DNA from: Scyliorhinus canicula | Taxonomy: Eukaryota | Reading direction: 5' to 3' | DNA length: 64,000 nt | Assembly: GCF_902713615.1 (NCBI RefSeq) | Contig: NW_024055499.1 | Span: forward strand, 2,184,403-2,248,402 | In this document: piece by piece, positions 24,165-34,998 of the stretch | Numbering within the stretch: position 1 is the stretch's first letter | Layout of the letters: each line of letters begins with the position of its first letter | Program-made: the position numbers and the translations under genes | Notes under the pieces: model-generated | Databases searched by the model: none | Seen by the model: only the letters and a program-made list of their open reading frames with translations | What the model was told of the DNA's origin: nothing

Positions 24165-24784
24165 GTAAGAGACACAAACAGAGGAAACAATAAATCATCC
24201 TGCACTCTGATGTTAATCAAAATCAGGTATTTATTAAAATCAGTACAAAGCACAAAATAACTTCTAATTTACTGCCATGTAGTTTGTGTTTCATTCTGAT
24301 GTAAGAGCTGCATTAGGATTGCTCACCATTCAGGATTTGATCAGCAGAGAAATAAATGTTTGCCTCTAATTTGAATTCATTTAGTGAGTGAGGTGGCCTT
24401 GATATCAGCTTTATCCTGAGACAGCTGATTATATTTGAGAGGCAGTGGGTGTCTGAAACACTTATTGATAACAGCTCCAAGGTAAAGTGTTGGAAAGTTC
24501 ATTCAACCGATTTATAAATCAGCCTTCCCTATTTGGTTTCCGAGATAAGGATTGGAATATTTGTATTGGGAATGCTGCAATACTCATTCATTAGAATGCC
24601 ATTGTGGCTCACTGTATTTCACAATGAGAATCGTTTAAGGTGACAAAACTGGTGTACAGAAGATTAATGGCGATCATTAGAAGTTTCGAAGTTAATTTAT
24701 TCCATTTAGAGAGTGAAGGCTGAATCCTGCTGTCCTGATTCTGAAGCTGAAACTTGGGTTGATTTCCACTTTTTTCATTCACAG

Positions 24785-25093
24785 ATCCTTCCGGTTGCAC
24801 TACCGCCTCAGTAACAATACTGCCACCGCCAATAGAACAGGTCTTACTGGACGCGACTGTAACCTTAACCTGCGTCATTTCGAATGGTCCTTATGGAGTC
24901 AACGTGTCCTGGAGTGAAGCGAAGAAGCCGCTGAAATCAGAGATTGCCGACCAGCCTGGGGCAGATACTGAGAGCGTGGTCAGCAAATTAAACATCTCGA
25001 CACAAGCCTGGCTGAGTGGGGCTGTGTTTGACTGTGTGGCGAGCCATCAGGACTTGCCAACTCCTTTAAGAATTTCAATCCACAAAAAAATAG
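24785..25093 (+). CDS. IGHM: IgM constant exon Cmu3
   Basis: Acceptor ACAG; (D)[42 protein letters not shown]...[22 protein letters not shown]; donor GTGAG at 25094; open frame. Confidence 0.93.
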
Positions 25094-25309
25094 GTGAGCG
25101 GCGAAACTGAAGCAATAAGTGAGTCATTGTGTCTATTTCTAGTGTCAGTGCAGCGGTCAGTATTTAGCATTCAGTGTATTTATGGGTCCATTCTGATTGG
25201 TAATTCCACGACTAAATATTTTGGGCCTGTTGATCTTAAGGGGGAAATTGATACGTAGATGAAGGAACAATGAATTAAAAGCAGTGATATGGGCTTTAGA
25301 CGGAGCTAG

Positions 25310-26230
25310 ACCAATGACCACAAGACTTAGGAGCAGACGTAGGCTATTCAGCCCAACAACACTGATCCAGCCTTCAATGAGGTCATAACTGATCTGATGT
25401 GATGATCTTCAACTCCTCTTTCCCGCCTTCTCCCGCTGTTACCAGACACCTAAACGACCCCCTAACGGACTGACCTCATTAACACTACACCTCTGTATGC
25501 TTCACCCGATGCCGGTGTTAAGTAGTTACATTGTGTACCTTATGTTGCCCTGTTATGTATTTTATTTTATTTCCCTTTCTTTTTCATGTACTGAATGATC
25601 TGTTGAGCTGCTTGCAGAAAAATACTTTTCACTGTACCTCGGTACACGTGACAATAAACAAAATCCAATCCCATATCTCTCATTGGTTTAAAATATGTCT
25701 CTCTCAACCTTGAACATACTGAACAACCCAGAATCTACAGCCCCCTGGGTTAAATAATTCTACAGCTCCCCGATGCTCTGAGAGAGGAAATTCCTTCTCA
25801 TCTCTGTCTGAAATGGGCGAACATTGACTATGTGATCCTGCACTCTGGTCCGAGATGCTCCCACAAGGGAAAACAATCTCACAGCGACTACACTCCGAAG
25901 CTCCCTGAGAATCTTTCATGTCTCGATTAGGCCGCCTTCATTCTTCTAAACTCCAATCAGTCCAGGCCCAGCCTACTTAACCTCTCCCTGTAAGAAAATC
26001 CCTCCATCCCTCGTGATCCTTCTCAAGACTGCCTTCAAAACCAATCTGTCTTCCTTAGGTAAGGCCACGAAAACTATTCAAAGTATATCAGGTGTAGTCT
26101 AACTAGTCTAACTAGTCTAACTTTGTATAGTTTGAGCCAGACGTCCCCATGTTTATATTCTATTCCCTTTGAAATAAATGTCAACATTCAATTTGTCTCC
26201 ATATTACCTGCAAAACTTGCTTTGTGTGGT
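25310..26230 (-). mobile_element. CR1-type LINE 3' fragment, interrupted by another LINE tail (~25440-25670, + strand)
   Basis: Reverse CR1 3' motifs (CTTCTAAACTCCAAT, GAGGAAATTCCTTCTCATCTC); the insert ends CACTGTACCTCGGTACACGTGACAATAAA. Confidence 0.6.
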
Positions 26231-27076
26231 TTCTGCATGAGGGCCCCCAATTCCCCCGTTACTTCAGCTTTCTTCAGTCTTTCTACATCTAAATAATATT
26301 CCGTTATGTTCCTCCTCCTACCAAAGTGTCTAAACTCACATTTTCCTACATTATGTTCCATCTGCCAAGTTTTTACTCAGTAACTTAAGCCACCTCTGTC
26401 CCTCTCTAGATTTTCTGTAACCTCACCACTTGTCTTTATATTTTTGTCATCTCCAGCCGTGGGAATAGTACATTCATTTATTAAACACAGTTTTGAAATT
26501 CATGTATATTACATCTACTGATTCCCCCTTCTCCAGCCTTCTCCTTATCACCTCGAACAAGGGCAATAAAGGTTTCAGGCATGATTTCCCCTTCACGAAG
26601 CCGTGCTGACTCTGTTTGATTATATTATGTATTTCGAAATGCTCAGCTATTGGATCTGTTATAATGGACTCGAACCGTTTTCCACTGACAGATGTTAAGG
26701 TCCCTGGCCTATAGTTACCTGTTTTTGACGCCCTCCCTTTAGAATAAAGGTGTCACATTGGCAGTTTTCTAATCCTCTTGGGGTAAGGTGGGAGGAGCCT
26801 GGTGTGGAGTTTATACACCAGCACAGAATAGTTGGGCCGAATGGCCTGTTCCCCTGCTGTACACTTTCTGAAACTTTCGAATCCAATATCCGTAAATTCT
26901 CAGGGAAAAGGATTGTGTCCACCTCTGCTCCGAGCTGGGAACCCGGACAGATCCCAAAGTGGAAAATGGAAACCTTTAAAATCCAACACAAAACACATTT
27001 CTCTCACATCTAACCCGCGGTTCCATTGTCTCCGGAATTTCCCATTTTATTGACATTTATTGTACATTTTCTGCAG

Positions 27077-27467
27077 ATCCCAATCCGCGGGAACCGTCCG
27101 TCTCTGTCCTCCTGCCCTCGGCTGAAGACGTCTCCGCTCAGAGATTCGTCTCCCTCAGCTGCTTAGTGAGAGGTTTCTCCCCCCGAGAGATCTTCGTCAA
27201 GTGGACCGTCAATGACAAGCGGTGAATCCCGGGAACTACAAGAACACCGAGGTGATGGCGGAGAACGGCAATAGCTCCTTCTTCATGTACAGCCTGTTAT
27301 CCATTGCAGCGGAGGAGTGGGCCAGCGGCGCTTCTTACTCCTGTGTGGTGGGACATGAAGCCATCCCCTTGAAGATCATCAACAGAACGGTTGATAAATC
27401 CAGCGGTAAACCCAGTTTTGTGAACATTTCCCTCGCTCTGATGGACACCGTTAATTCATGTCAATGA
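27077..27467 (+). pseudogene. IGHM: IgM Cmu4 exon plus secretory tailpiece, with a 1-nt deletion
   Basis: (D)[48 protein letters not shown] then TGA at 27223. The shifted frame continues [24 protein letters not shown]...[22 protein letters not shown]|[20 protein letters not shown]. Internal TM donor G|GTAAA at 27406. Confidence 0.93.
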
Positions 27468-27494
27468 GAATCGATTGGTTATATTTCGAACTAA

Positions 27495-27509
27495 AATAAA
27501 AATAATAAA
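27495..27509 (+). terminator. Secretory-form polyadenylation signals (AATAAA x2)
   Basis: AATAAA at 27495-27500 and 27504-27509, about 30 nt after the tailpiece stop. Confidence 0.75.
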
Positions 27510-27589
27510 AACGTTTCCTCTAATTGTGATTTAAACATACAGCCACTTGATTAATGGTGTTTCCACTTTACTGATGTTAGATCTGAAAA

Positions 27590-27745
27590 TGAAATGAAAA
27601 TCACTTATTGTCACAAGTAGGCTTCAGTCAAGTTATTGTGAAACGCCCCTCAGCGCAACATTCCGGCGCCTGTTCGGGGAGGCTGGTACGGGAATTGAAC
27701 CGTGCTGCTGGCCTGTCTTGGTCTGCTTTAAAATCCAGCGATTTT
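27590..27745 (-). mobile_element. Short tRNA-derived SINE (same family as 56213 and 60187)
   Basis: Reverse of GCTGG.TTTAAAGCAGACCAAG.CAGGCCAGCAGCACGGTTC...CCGGAATGT...TTCATTTTCATTT tail. Confidence 0.8.
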
Positions 27746-28094
27746 AAACCAGTCTCTGGTCAATGAGACCCGGATTTCTACAGGTCTCAGCCCCAAGTCT
27801 GATACAACCAGAGCTCTCAGCTCAGAAACACCCTGGGTTAGAGACAGAGTAAAACTCATTCATTCCAGGATTCAGCAAAATATCTTCATTGACTTTCCTC
27901 CAGATGAGGAAAAATCGGACAATTTCCCATTTCAGACAAACAAACCCATCACATTTAGATCTCGGTGTTCCTGCTTCTCTCATTGTCCATCCCTTTAAAT
28001 TAATGTCAGCTTTAAGTTGCTGCATGAGACCCACTGGGAACTGATTTGAGGGTCACACAGAAACATGGACCAACAATCTCCAGTCAAAGAGAGG

Positions 28095-28960
28095 GGAAAG
28101 TGAAATTATTAATCCACTGTACCCCCACCTCCCCAACAGAGAGAGCGGGAGGGGTATTAGTTATTCCACTGTCTCACCACCCACCCACCCACCTCCCACA
28201 CAGAGAGAGGGGGAAGGGCATTAGTTAATCCACTGTACCCCCACTTCCCCAATAGAGGGAGGGGGAGGGGTATTAGTTAATCCACTGTACCCCCACTTCC
28301 CCAATAGAGAGAGGGTCTTTAGTTAATTCACTGTACCCCCAATTCGCCAACAAAGAGAGGAGAGGGGGGCATTAGTTAATCCACTGTACCCCACCTCACC
28401 AACAGAGAGAGTGGGAGGGGCTTTAGTTAATACACTGTACCCCCACTTCACCAACAAAGAGAGGGGCATTAGTTAATCCATTGTCTCCCCACGTCCCCAA
28501 CAAAGAGAGGGTTGGGGCATTACTTAACACACTGTACCCCCACTTCCCCAGCAAAGCGAGGGGAGGAGCATTAGTTAACACACTGTGCCCCCACTTCCCC
28601 AGCAAAGCGAGGGGAGGAGCATTAGTTAACACATTGTGCCCCCACTTCCCCAACAAAGAGACGGTGGTGGTCTGAGTTAATCCACTGTACATCCGCTTCC
28701 AACAATGAGGGGGGGGGTGTACATTAGTTAATCCACTGTACATCCGCTTCCAACAATGAGGGGGGTGTACATTAGTTAATCCACTGTACATCCGCTTCCA
28801 ACAATGAGGGGAGTGTACATTAGTTAATCCACTGGACACCCGCTTCCAACAATGAGTGGAAGGACATTATTTAATCCACTGCCTCCCCACTTCCCCAACA
28901 AAGAGAGCAAAGGGGCAATACTAACACATTTTACCTCCACTTTCCCAACCAAAAGAGGAG
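28095..28960 (+). repeat. About 50-nt minisatellite, about 17 copies, in the secretory-TM intron
   Basis: Recurrent ATTAGTTAATCCACTGTACCCCCACTTCCCCAACAAAGAGAGGGGG. Confidence 0.9.
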
Positions 28961-29439
28961 GAAGGTGATGAGTGAACTCTCTGTATCTCCACCTCCAACA
29001 GGGAGAACCCAAAGGCAATTTGCTGACCTGACCAGAGAGAGGGAGATTATTAACTCAATATCTTCCCAGTCCCCAAGCAGGAGTTTGGAAGTAAACGTTT
29101 GTCTGGACTAAGAACTCAGTTACTGACATTACAAGACGCCATGTAGTTTACAGGCTGAAACATTAGAAAGATGTTCTTAAAATATCTATTTATGCAACAT
29201 AATGTTTTTAGCACCCTTGTTCCTCTTATCCGTATGCTAAAACCGATTCCCCATAATCCAAATCCAGACTGGTGATTGAATTCTCCCTGGGTTTTCATTG
29301 TTCTCTCCTGAGGCACCTCCTTGTATTTTTGCATTAGGCCACCTGATGTCAGCTTGCAACTCACGGAAAACACATTTATATGCAGAAAGTTCAAAATATT
29401 CTACATCGGTATCAATAATACCCACAACTGGCAAAGCTA

Positions 29440-30770
29440 CAGACAGCTGATACAAATACACAGACAGATAAACAGACACAGACACTACACACACATGCAC
29501 ACAGACCCAGAAACACACACACGCTCACAAGTAGACACAAACACACACATGGACACACACATAGAAACACATGCACAAACATACACCCAGGCACAACGGA
29601 CCACACATATTTTGACACAAAAACACACGCAAATGTGCACAAAAATTCACAAGCAAGCACGTAAACACAAAAAGCACATGTTTAGAAACACACAGACTCA
29701 CGTGCACATCCACACATACAAACACAATTCCATACGCATAAGTGGGTACACGCATGTACACAGACATATACAACCACATGTCGACACAGATACACAGACA
29801 TATACAGCCAGACAAGCAGGCTGACAGAAGAATATGAAACAGAAATGTAACCAATAACATGTAAATTAGCAGAATTTCACGATGACAGAAATATTTCCAT
29901 TCAGAGACAATAATCCACACTAACGGACACACGTAGATACATATTAGCTGACTCGTACACACGCTAACACGAACACATATGAATACACATAGAATCATCA
30001 ATACACATCAATAGATAGTTATAATCAAACATCAGCGCATAAATAGCACCTCTGCCGCATAGCGCCATAATCCCGGGTTCAATTCCAGCCTTGGGTGATT
30101 GTCTGTGTGGAGTTCCCACGTTCTGCCGGGTCTGTTCCTGTTTCCTCCACGTGCTCCTGTTTCCTCCCACAGTCCAAAGATGTGCAGGTTCGGTGGATTG
30201 GCCAGGCTATATTACCGCTTAATGCCCACAACGTTAGGTGGGGTTACGAGGTTCTGGGGACAGGGCAGGGGCATGCGTCCAGGTAGGGTGCTCTTTCGGA
30301 GGGTCGGTGCAGACACAATGGGCCGAATGGCCTCGTTCGGCACAGTAGGGATTATATTTAATGATGATTCTATGATGAAATACAGGCATCAACAAACACA
30401 CACACACAAACGCACTTATCCAGACACAAACATTAAGACACTGACATGCATGTTGAACGTATAAAGACACATTAACACTTTCATTACTGGACAGGGAAGT
30501 ATGAACTTATATTGAACAGGCATTAATATATAAACATAGACTTCAACACACAAACACACACAATAAAACACTCAGATATACACATTAACAGAAGATAAAC
30601 AAAGTTCACACAGGCGCTGACACACAAATATACAGATCAATACTCATTGACACATGAACACACAATGACACTTATAAAGACATCGGGACACACAAAAGAA
30701 GAGTAAAGAAATACGAATTTCGCATCCACACAGACACAAAAGCTAAAGAACAAACACAAACGTCAGGCAA
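29440..30770. repeat. CA-rich low-complexity region with an embedded HE1-like SINE (~30053-30375, + strand)
   Basis: Degenerate (CA)n flanking a SINE body. Confidence 0.8.
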
Positions 30771-30955
30771 GGGCGGCACGGTGGCATAGTGGTTAGCACT
30801 GCTGCCTCACGCCACCATGGACCTGGGGTTGATCCCGCTCCTGGGTCTGTGTCCCAGTGGACTTTCCCAGTGACCCGTGGGTCTCACCCCGATAACCCAA
30901 TGATGCGCAGGGTAGGTGGATTGGCCATGCTAAATTGCCCCTTAATTGGAAGACA
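30771..30955 (+). mobile_element. Partial SINE (HE1-like head)
   Basis: GGGCGGCACGGTGGCATAGTGGTTAGCACTGCTGCCTCAC...GGATTGGCCATGCTAAATTGCCC. Confidence 0.75.
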
Positions 30956-31120
30956 AAAGTTACAGAGATCGATTTCTGAGTGTCATGAACTCAATAGTAG
31001 ATATGCAATGACAAATATGTTAAAGAATGAATTAGCAGCGGGAGAAAATGAAACGAGAATATTAAAAAACATATCCTGGATTAATAAACAAACTAATTAT
31101 ATTTGGCTCGATCCTCGTAG

Positions 31121-31248
31121 ATACCACAGACCACACCTGGACTGAAGAAAATGAGGATGATAACGGGAACATCTGGACAACCGCTTCCACATTCATCACC
31201 CTGTTCTTCCTGAGCATTTCCTACAGCGCTGCAGTCACTCTGGTGAAG
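31121..31248 (+). CDS. IGHM: IgM transmembrane exon TM1
   Basis: Acceptor CTCGTAG; (D)TTDHTWTEENEDDNGNIWTTASTFITLFFLSISYSAAVTLVK (acidic spacer plus conserved antigen-receptor TM motif); donor GTGAG at 31249. Confidence 0.95.
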
Positions 31249-31387
31249 GTGAGAAGATTCAATCCACTCACACTTCAAACTGACAGAGGCCGTTTAAAAC
31301 ATCTCTAAATGTTTGATTGATTAAAAACTCTAACATCAATGTCCCAGATCATAAACATCTGCTTCATCATTTCTCTCTCTTTTACAG

Positions 31388-31396
31388 ATCAAGTGA
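31388..31396 (+). CDS. IGHM: IgM TM2 exon (IK-stop), giving the cytoplasmic tail KIK
   Basis: Pyrimidine tract plus TTTACAG, then ATC AAG TGA, 139 nt after TM1. Confidence 0.8.
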   Translation: MK

Positions 31397-31799
31397 TCGG
31401 TTGACGTTCGGACGCTGTAGATTTCCCTCAGCTGTTTATTATGATCTGTGTGACAGAAATACAATATCTCCTCTTGGTGACTCTAACAGTAAAATTATCT
31501 CAGTTTATTATTCTGCATCTGTAACTGAGACAATCATGGACAGTATTTCTGCTTTTCAGTTTAAAATGTACGCGATAATTTTGGCTGTAATGTAATTGTA
31601 GTTAATAATTTCTCTCAATGTCATGTCTAAATAAGTAACTTACCTCGTACCTTATTTACAACAGTTGCCTTCTCTTTATGTTGAGCTCCTGTTCTCTCTT
31701 GTGTCTGTTACAGTTGTACATACATTTGGCAGCTCAGAGGGCGTGTGTTCTGTTCTCACTGTGACCCTCAATCGTTATGTTCCCTTTTGTAAACATCAA

Positions 31800-31840
31800 A
31801 ATAAACTTTTGTGCTATATTTTCTCTGAAATTTTAATAAA
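31800..31840 (+). terminator. Candidate membrane-form poly(A) signals
   Basis: AATAAA at 31800-31805 and 31835-31840. Confidence 0.5.
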
Positions 31841-32224
31841 TATTGAATGAAAAATGAAGAAAACAAGTCTAATCTGAACTCCTTTCTCTCAGGTCCATCG
31901 GAAGCGCTCCATTTCCCCGATTACACAGTTTTCTCCCCTTTCCCAGACAGATATTTCTCACCAGTCCTGTCTGGGATGTGTCTGAACTCAAGGCCCCTCA
32001 GTGAAAGAGCCACTGCGCCACCAAGCGGCCCATCCGGGTTAAGCCACCTTCACCTTTGCCTTTTTATGGTAAACTCCAGAGACAGAATGATTGCACAGCT
32101 GAAGAATTCCACAGATTCACTCCCCTTTGATGGAAGAAATGTCTCCTCACCTCTGTCCTAAATTTGAGATCTCTTACTCTGAGATTATGCCCTCTGGTCC
32201 TAGACTCTCCCACAAGAGGAAACG

Positions 32225-32372
32225 ATGATTTTTCAGGCTGTGTAACTGGTTGAAGCTCTTTCCACAGTCAGTTCACTGGAACATTCTCCCTCAGGTGTGT
32301 GTGGGTCTCGGGGCTTTTCCAGTCACACTGATGTTTGAAATCTCTTCCCACAGTCAGAACAGACAAACACAT
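32225..32372 (-). pseudogene. Relic of the ZNF-family 5' leader (fossil finger region)
   Basis: Reverse complement matches 39740-39880 and 54500-54620 (CAGTGTGACTGGAAAAGC.CCGAGAC...TTCCAGTGAACTGACTGTGGAAAGAGCTT.AACCAGTTACACAGCCTGAAAAA). Confidence 0.85.
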
Positions 32373-32664
32373 TGACAGTTTGTGATATGTAGGTCCTAAT
32401 GAATTGAGTCAGATCTTAATGTTATATTTGGTTCGAGTTGCCCAGCTGCCAAATCTCCCGTTCTAATGCCTGAAAAAGAAGTTTTGAACCAGAATATTGT
32501 CCCCAGTGTCTCTCTGTCCGCTGAGGTATCCACTGGGTGTGGAAGGTGTCACGCATTCCGGTGGATACCACATGCTGCCTCTGCAAGACCACTGGGAATA
32601 GACAAGACCACAGAACAGAAGTCGGCAGCCAGAGTAACCGCCCACCCCCTCCATAATAATAATA

Positions 32665-32935
32665 ATAATCTTTATTGTCACAAGTAGACATTAACAATGC
32701 AATGAAGTTACTGTGAAAAGCCCCTCGTCACCACACTCCGGCGCATGGTTGGGTCACAGAGGGAGCATTCAGAATGTTCAATTCACAGCACGTCTTTCGG
32801 GACTTGTGGGAGCAAACTGGAGCACCCGGAGGAAACCCACGGGGAGAACGTGCAGACTCCACACAGACAGTGACCCAAGCTGGGCATCGAATCTGGAACC
32901 CTGAAACTGTGAAGCAACAGTGCTATCCTACACCA
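32665..32935 (-). mobile_element. tRNA-derived SINE with (TAT)n tail
   Basis: AATAATAATCTTTATTGTCACAAGTAG...GAAAAGCCCC...GGAAACCCAC...GTGACCCAAG. Confidence 0.85.
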
Positions 32936-33513
32936 CCCAGCTACAATGCACTGTTTTAATCAGACTCAAAGTAGATTCACGCTCAGCACAAGAATATTAG
33001 ATAGTATACTGTCAGATCCACAAACTCTGCCAAAGTGGCTGCAACTTAACAGGTTACTGTGGACATTAAACTGTGGGCAATATTCGATGCTGTGACCAAT
33101 ATTTAGTTAAACACGGACCTGAATAAGGAAACTTTGCAGCCACCTGTGAAGTTTAAATGTGTCGTTGTGTCAGGATGAACCAGCATTTGAGGAATATGAA
33201 ATCTCGGGACTGTTGGTCTCCAAGTGCCGTATTGAACACAGGAGAATGACCTTGAATTGGGACAGAGATAAGCGTGAGTGAGCATCGCAAACTGCTATTG
33301 TATCGGGGTGTTCTGGGCCCCAGAGATTTAACCCTGCAGTTAATTGTCAGGGACGCAGTATAATAAGCTCTGAACAAAGCAAATGTGTGTGTGAGAAGCA
33401 CCAGGAACCAGCTGAACCAGCAGAGCTGAAAGTCTCCCAGTGCAGCCAAAGGACTGACCTTATTCCAGCTTCCAAGCCCACCTCAGACCCAACCTCCTGG
33501 CTCTTCATCTACA

Positions 33514-33945
33514 AGAACGTTTGAGGACTTTGGGTCTGTACTCGTTGGGGTTTAGAAGAATGATAGGGGATCTTATTGAAACTTACAAGATACTACGAGG
33601 CCTGGATAGAGTGGACATGGAGAGGGTGTTTCCACTTGCAGCAAAAACTAGAACCAGAGGATACCATCTCAGAATAAAGGGATGATCCTTTAAAACAGAT
33701 GAGGAGGAATTTCTTCAGCCAGAGGATGGTGAATCTGTGGAAAACTTTGCCGCAGAAGGCTGTGGAGGCCAATTCACTGAGTGTCTTTAAGACAGAGATA
33801 GGTAGGTTCTTTATTAATAAGGGGATCACGGGTTATGGGGAGAAGGCAGGGGAGTGGGGATGAAAAAATATCAACCACGATTGAATGGCGGAGCAGACTC
33901 GATGGGCCAAATGGCCGCATTCTGCTCCTATGTCTTATGGTCTTA
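33514..33945 (+). mobile_element. CR1 LINE 3' end
   Basis: GLYSL.FRR..GDLIETYKI motif and tail TGTCTTATGGTCTTAT. Confidence 0.8.
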
Positions 33946-34539
33946 TAAGAAGCTTCAGAGACTCATGATCATTATTTGTTTTTAAAAACGCTTCACTCCA
34001 ACTAAAGGATCAGCTCAATAAGAAGACATCAGACCTGCAGCGATATAAAGATTGCAGTCTACATTCCATTTTCATCATCATAGCTTCAACTTGATCTGTA
34101 TCTAATTTCTGTCTATGTCAGTGAGTGAAAGAGCTGAGAGACTTAGATGCTCAAACATCCAGGGGAAGATTGTAAAAAATAAATAACCTTTATTCCTTTA
34201 AAAATCACCAGTAAGCCTGCTGCTGAACTGTATTTTAAATAAAGAAATATCACGCTGAGGGTCAGGAAATATCACACAAACATCCTGATAATGGACGGGA
34301 AAGGTCCACGAAATGTAATCAACCGTTGTATAACCCCCTTCAGGTAGCTATATAGAGGCTGCAGCCTCTCACACTAAATGTATACGTGATCCACAGACAC
34401 CTCCAGGCTACAAACAGCAGCTTCAGCCTGGGAGTGGGTGAAACATTTAAAAAACCTGTTACAATATAAGCGATCTTGGGGCGCTAGGACCCGGCTGGGA
34501 ACAGAAACCTTCAGGTTCCGCCCACCAGTTGTTGCATCC

Positions 34540-34717
34540 CAAGACGCCAGCGCATGCGCTCTGCTTCCCCAAGATGGCGGCTGTGACCAGGGCCTGGTCC
34601 CGGGACAGAGAGCTGACCGGCGGTGATATGACCTGAGGATCACCACACCTCAGGCAAGGGGCCAGGTTGGGAAGGCGGTGCCTTCAGGAATAACTGGGAA
34701 GGTGATGTTTGGTGAGT
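34540..34717 (+). promoter_or_regulatory. CpG-rich promoter / first-exon module (NRF1-like and YY1-like motifs) upstream of ZNF-A
   Basis: GCGCATGCGC at 34550-34559, AAGATGGCGG at 34571-34580, candidate donor GTGAGT at 34712. Confidence 0.55.
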
Positions 34718-34998
34718 TGCTGCAGTCTGTGTAGTGAAGGTGCTGTCACAGTGGTGTGAGGTAAGGAAGTACAGGATTATTACACAGCAATGATGAATTA
34801 AGGGGAATGTAAATCCAGCTCAGGCTGCTTTCAGATTGGAAAGGGAGCTAAGGTGTGTCCTTAGAGCTGGTGAATGTTCTGGCTTTGGCAGTTTCTCTGT
34901 AAAGTCCTTCTCATTCATTCCCTCTCTTTACAGCACAGATAGAGGCCCTTTGGCCCATTCATAATAATCTTTATTATTGCCACAAGTAAGCCTGACAT

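Larger units (their letters stand above)
6521..31840 (+). pseudogene. IGHM: Cluster-type IgM heavy-chain locus (L-V-D1-D2-J-Cmu1-4-sec-TM1-TM2), unrearranged, with frameshifts as sequenced
   Basis: All segments are present in order with canonical splice phases and RSS. Frameshifts in VH and Cmu4; RSS defects at D1 3' and D2 5'. Confidence 0.9.
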
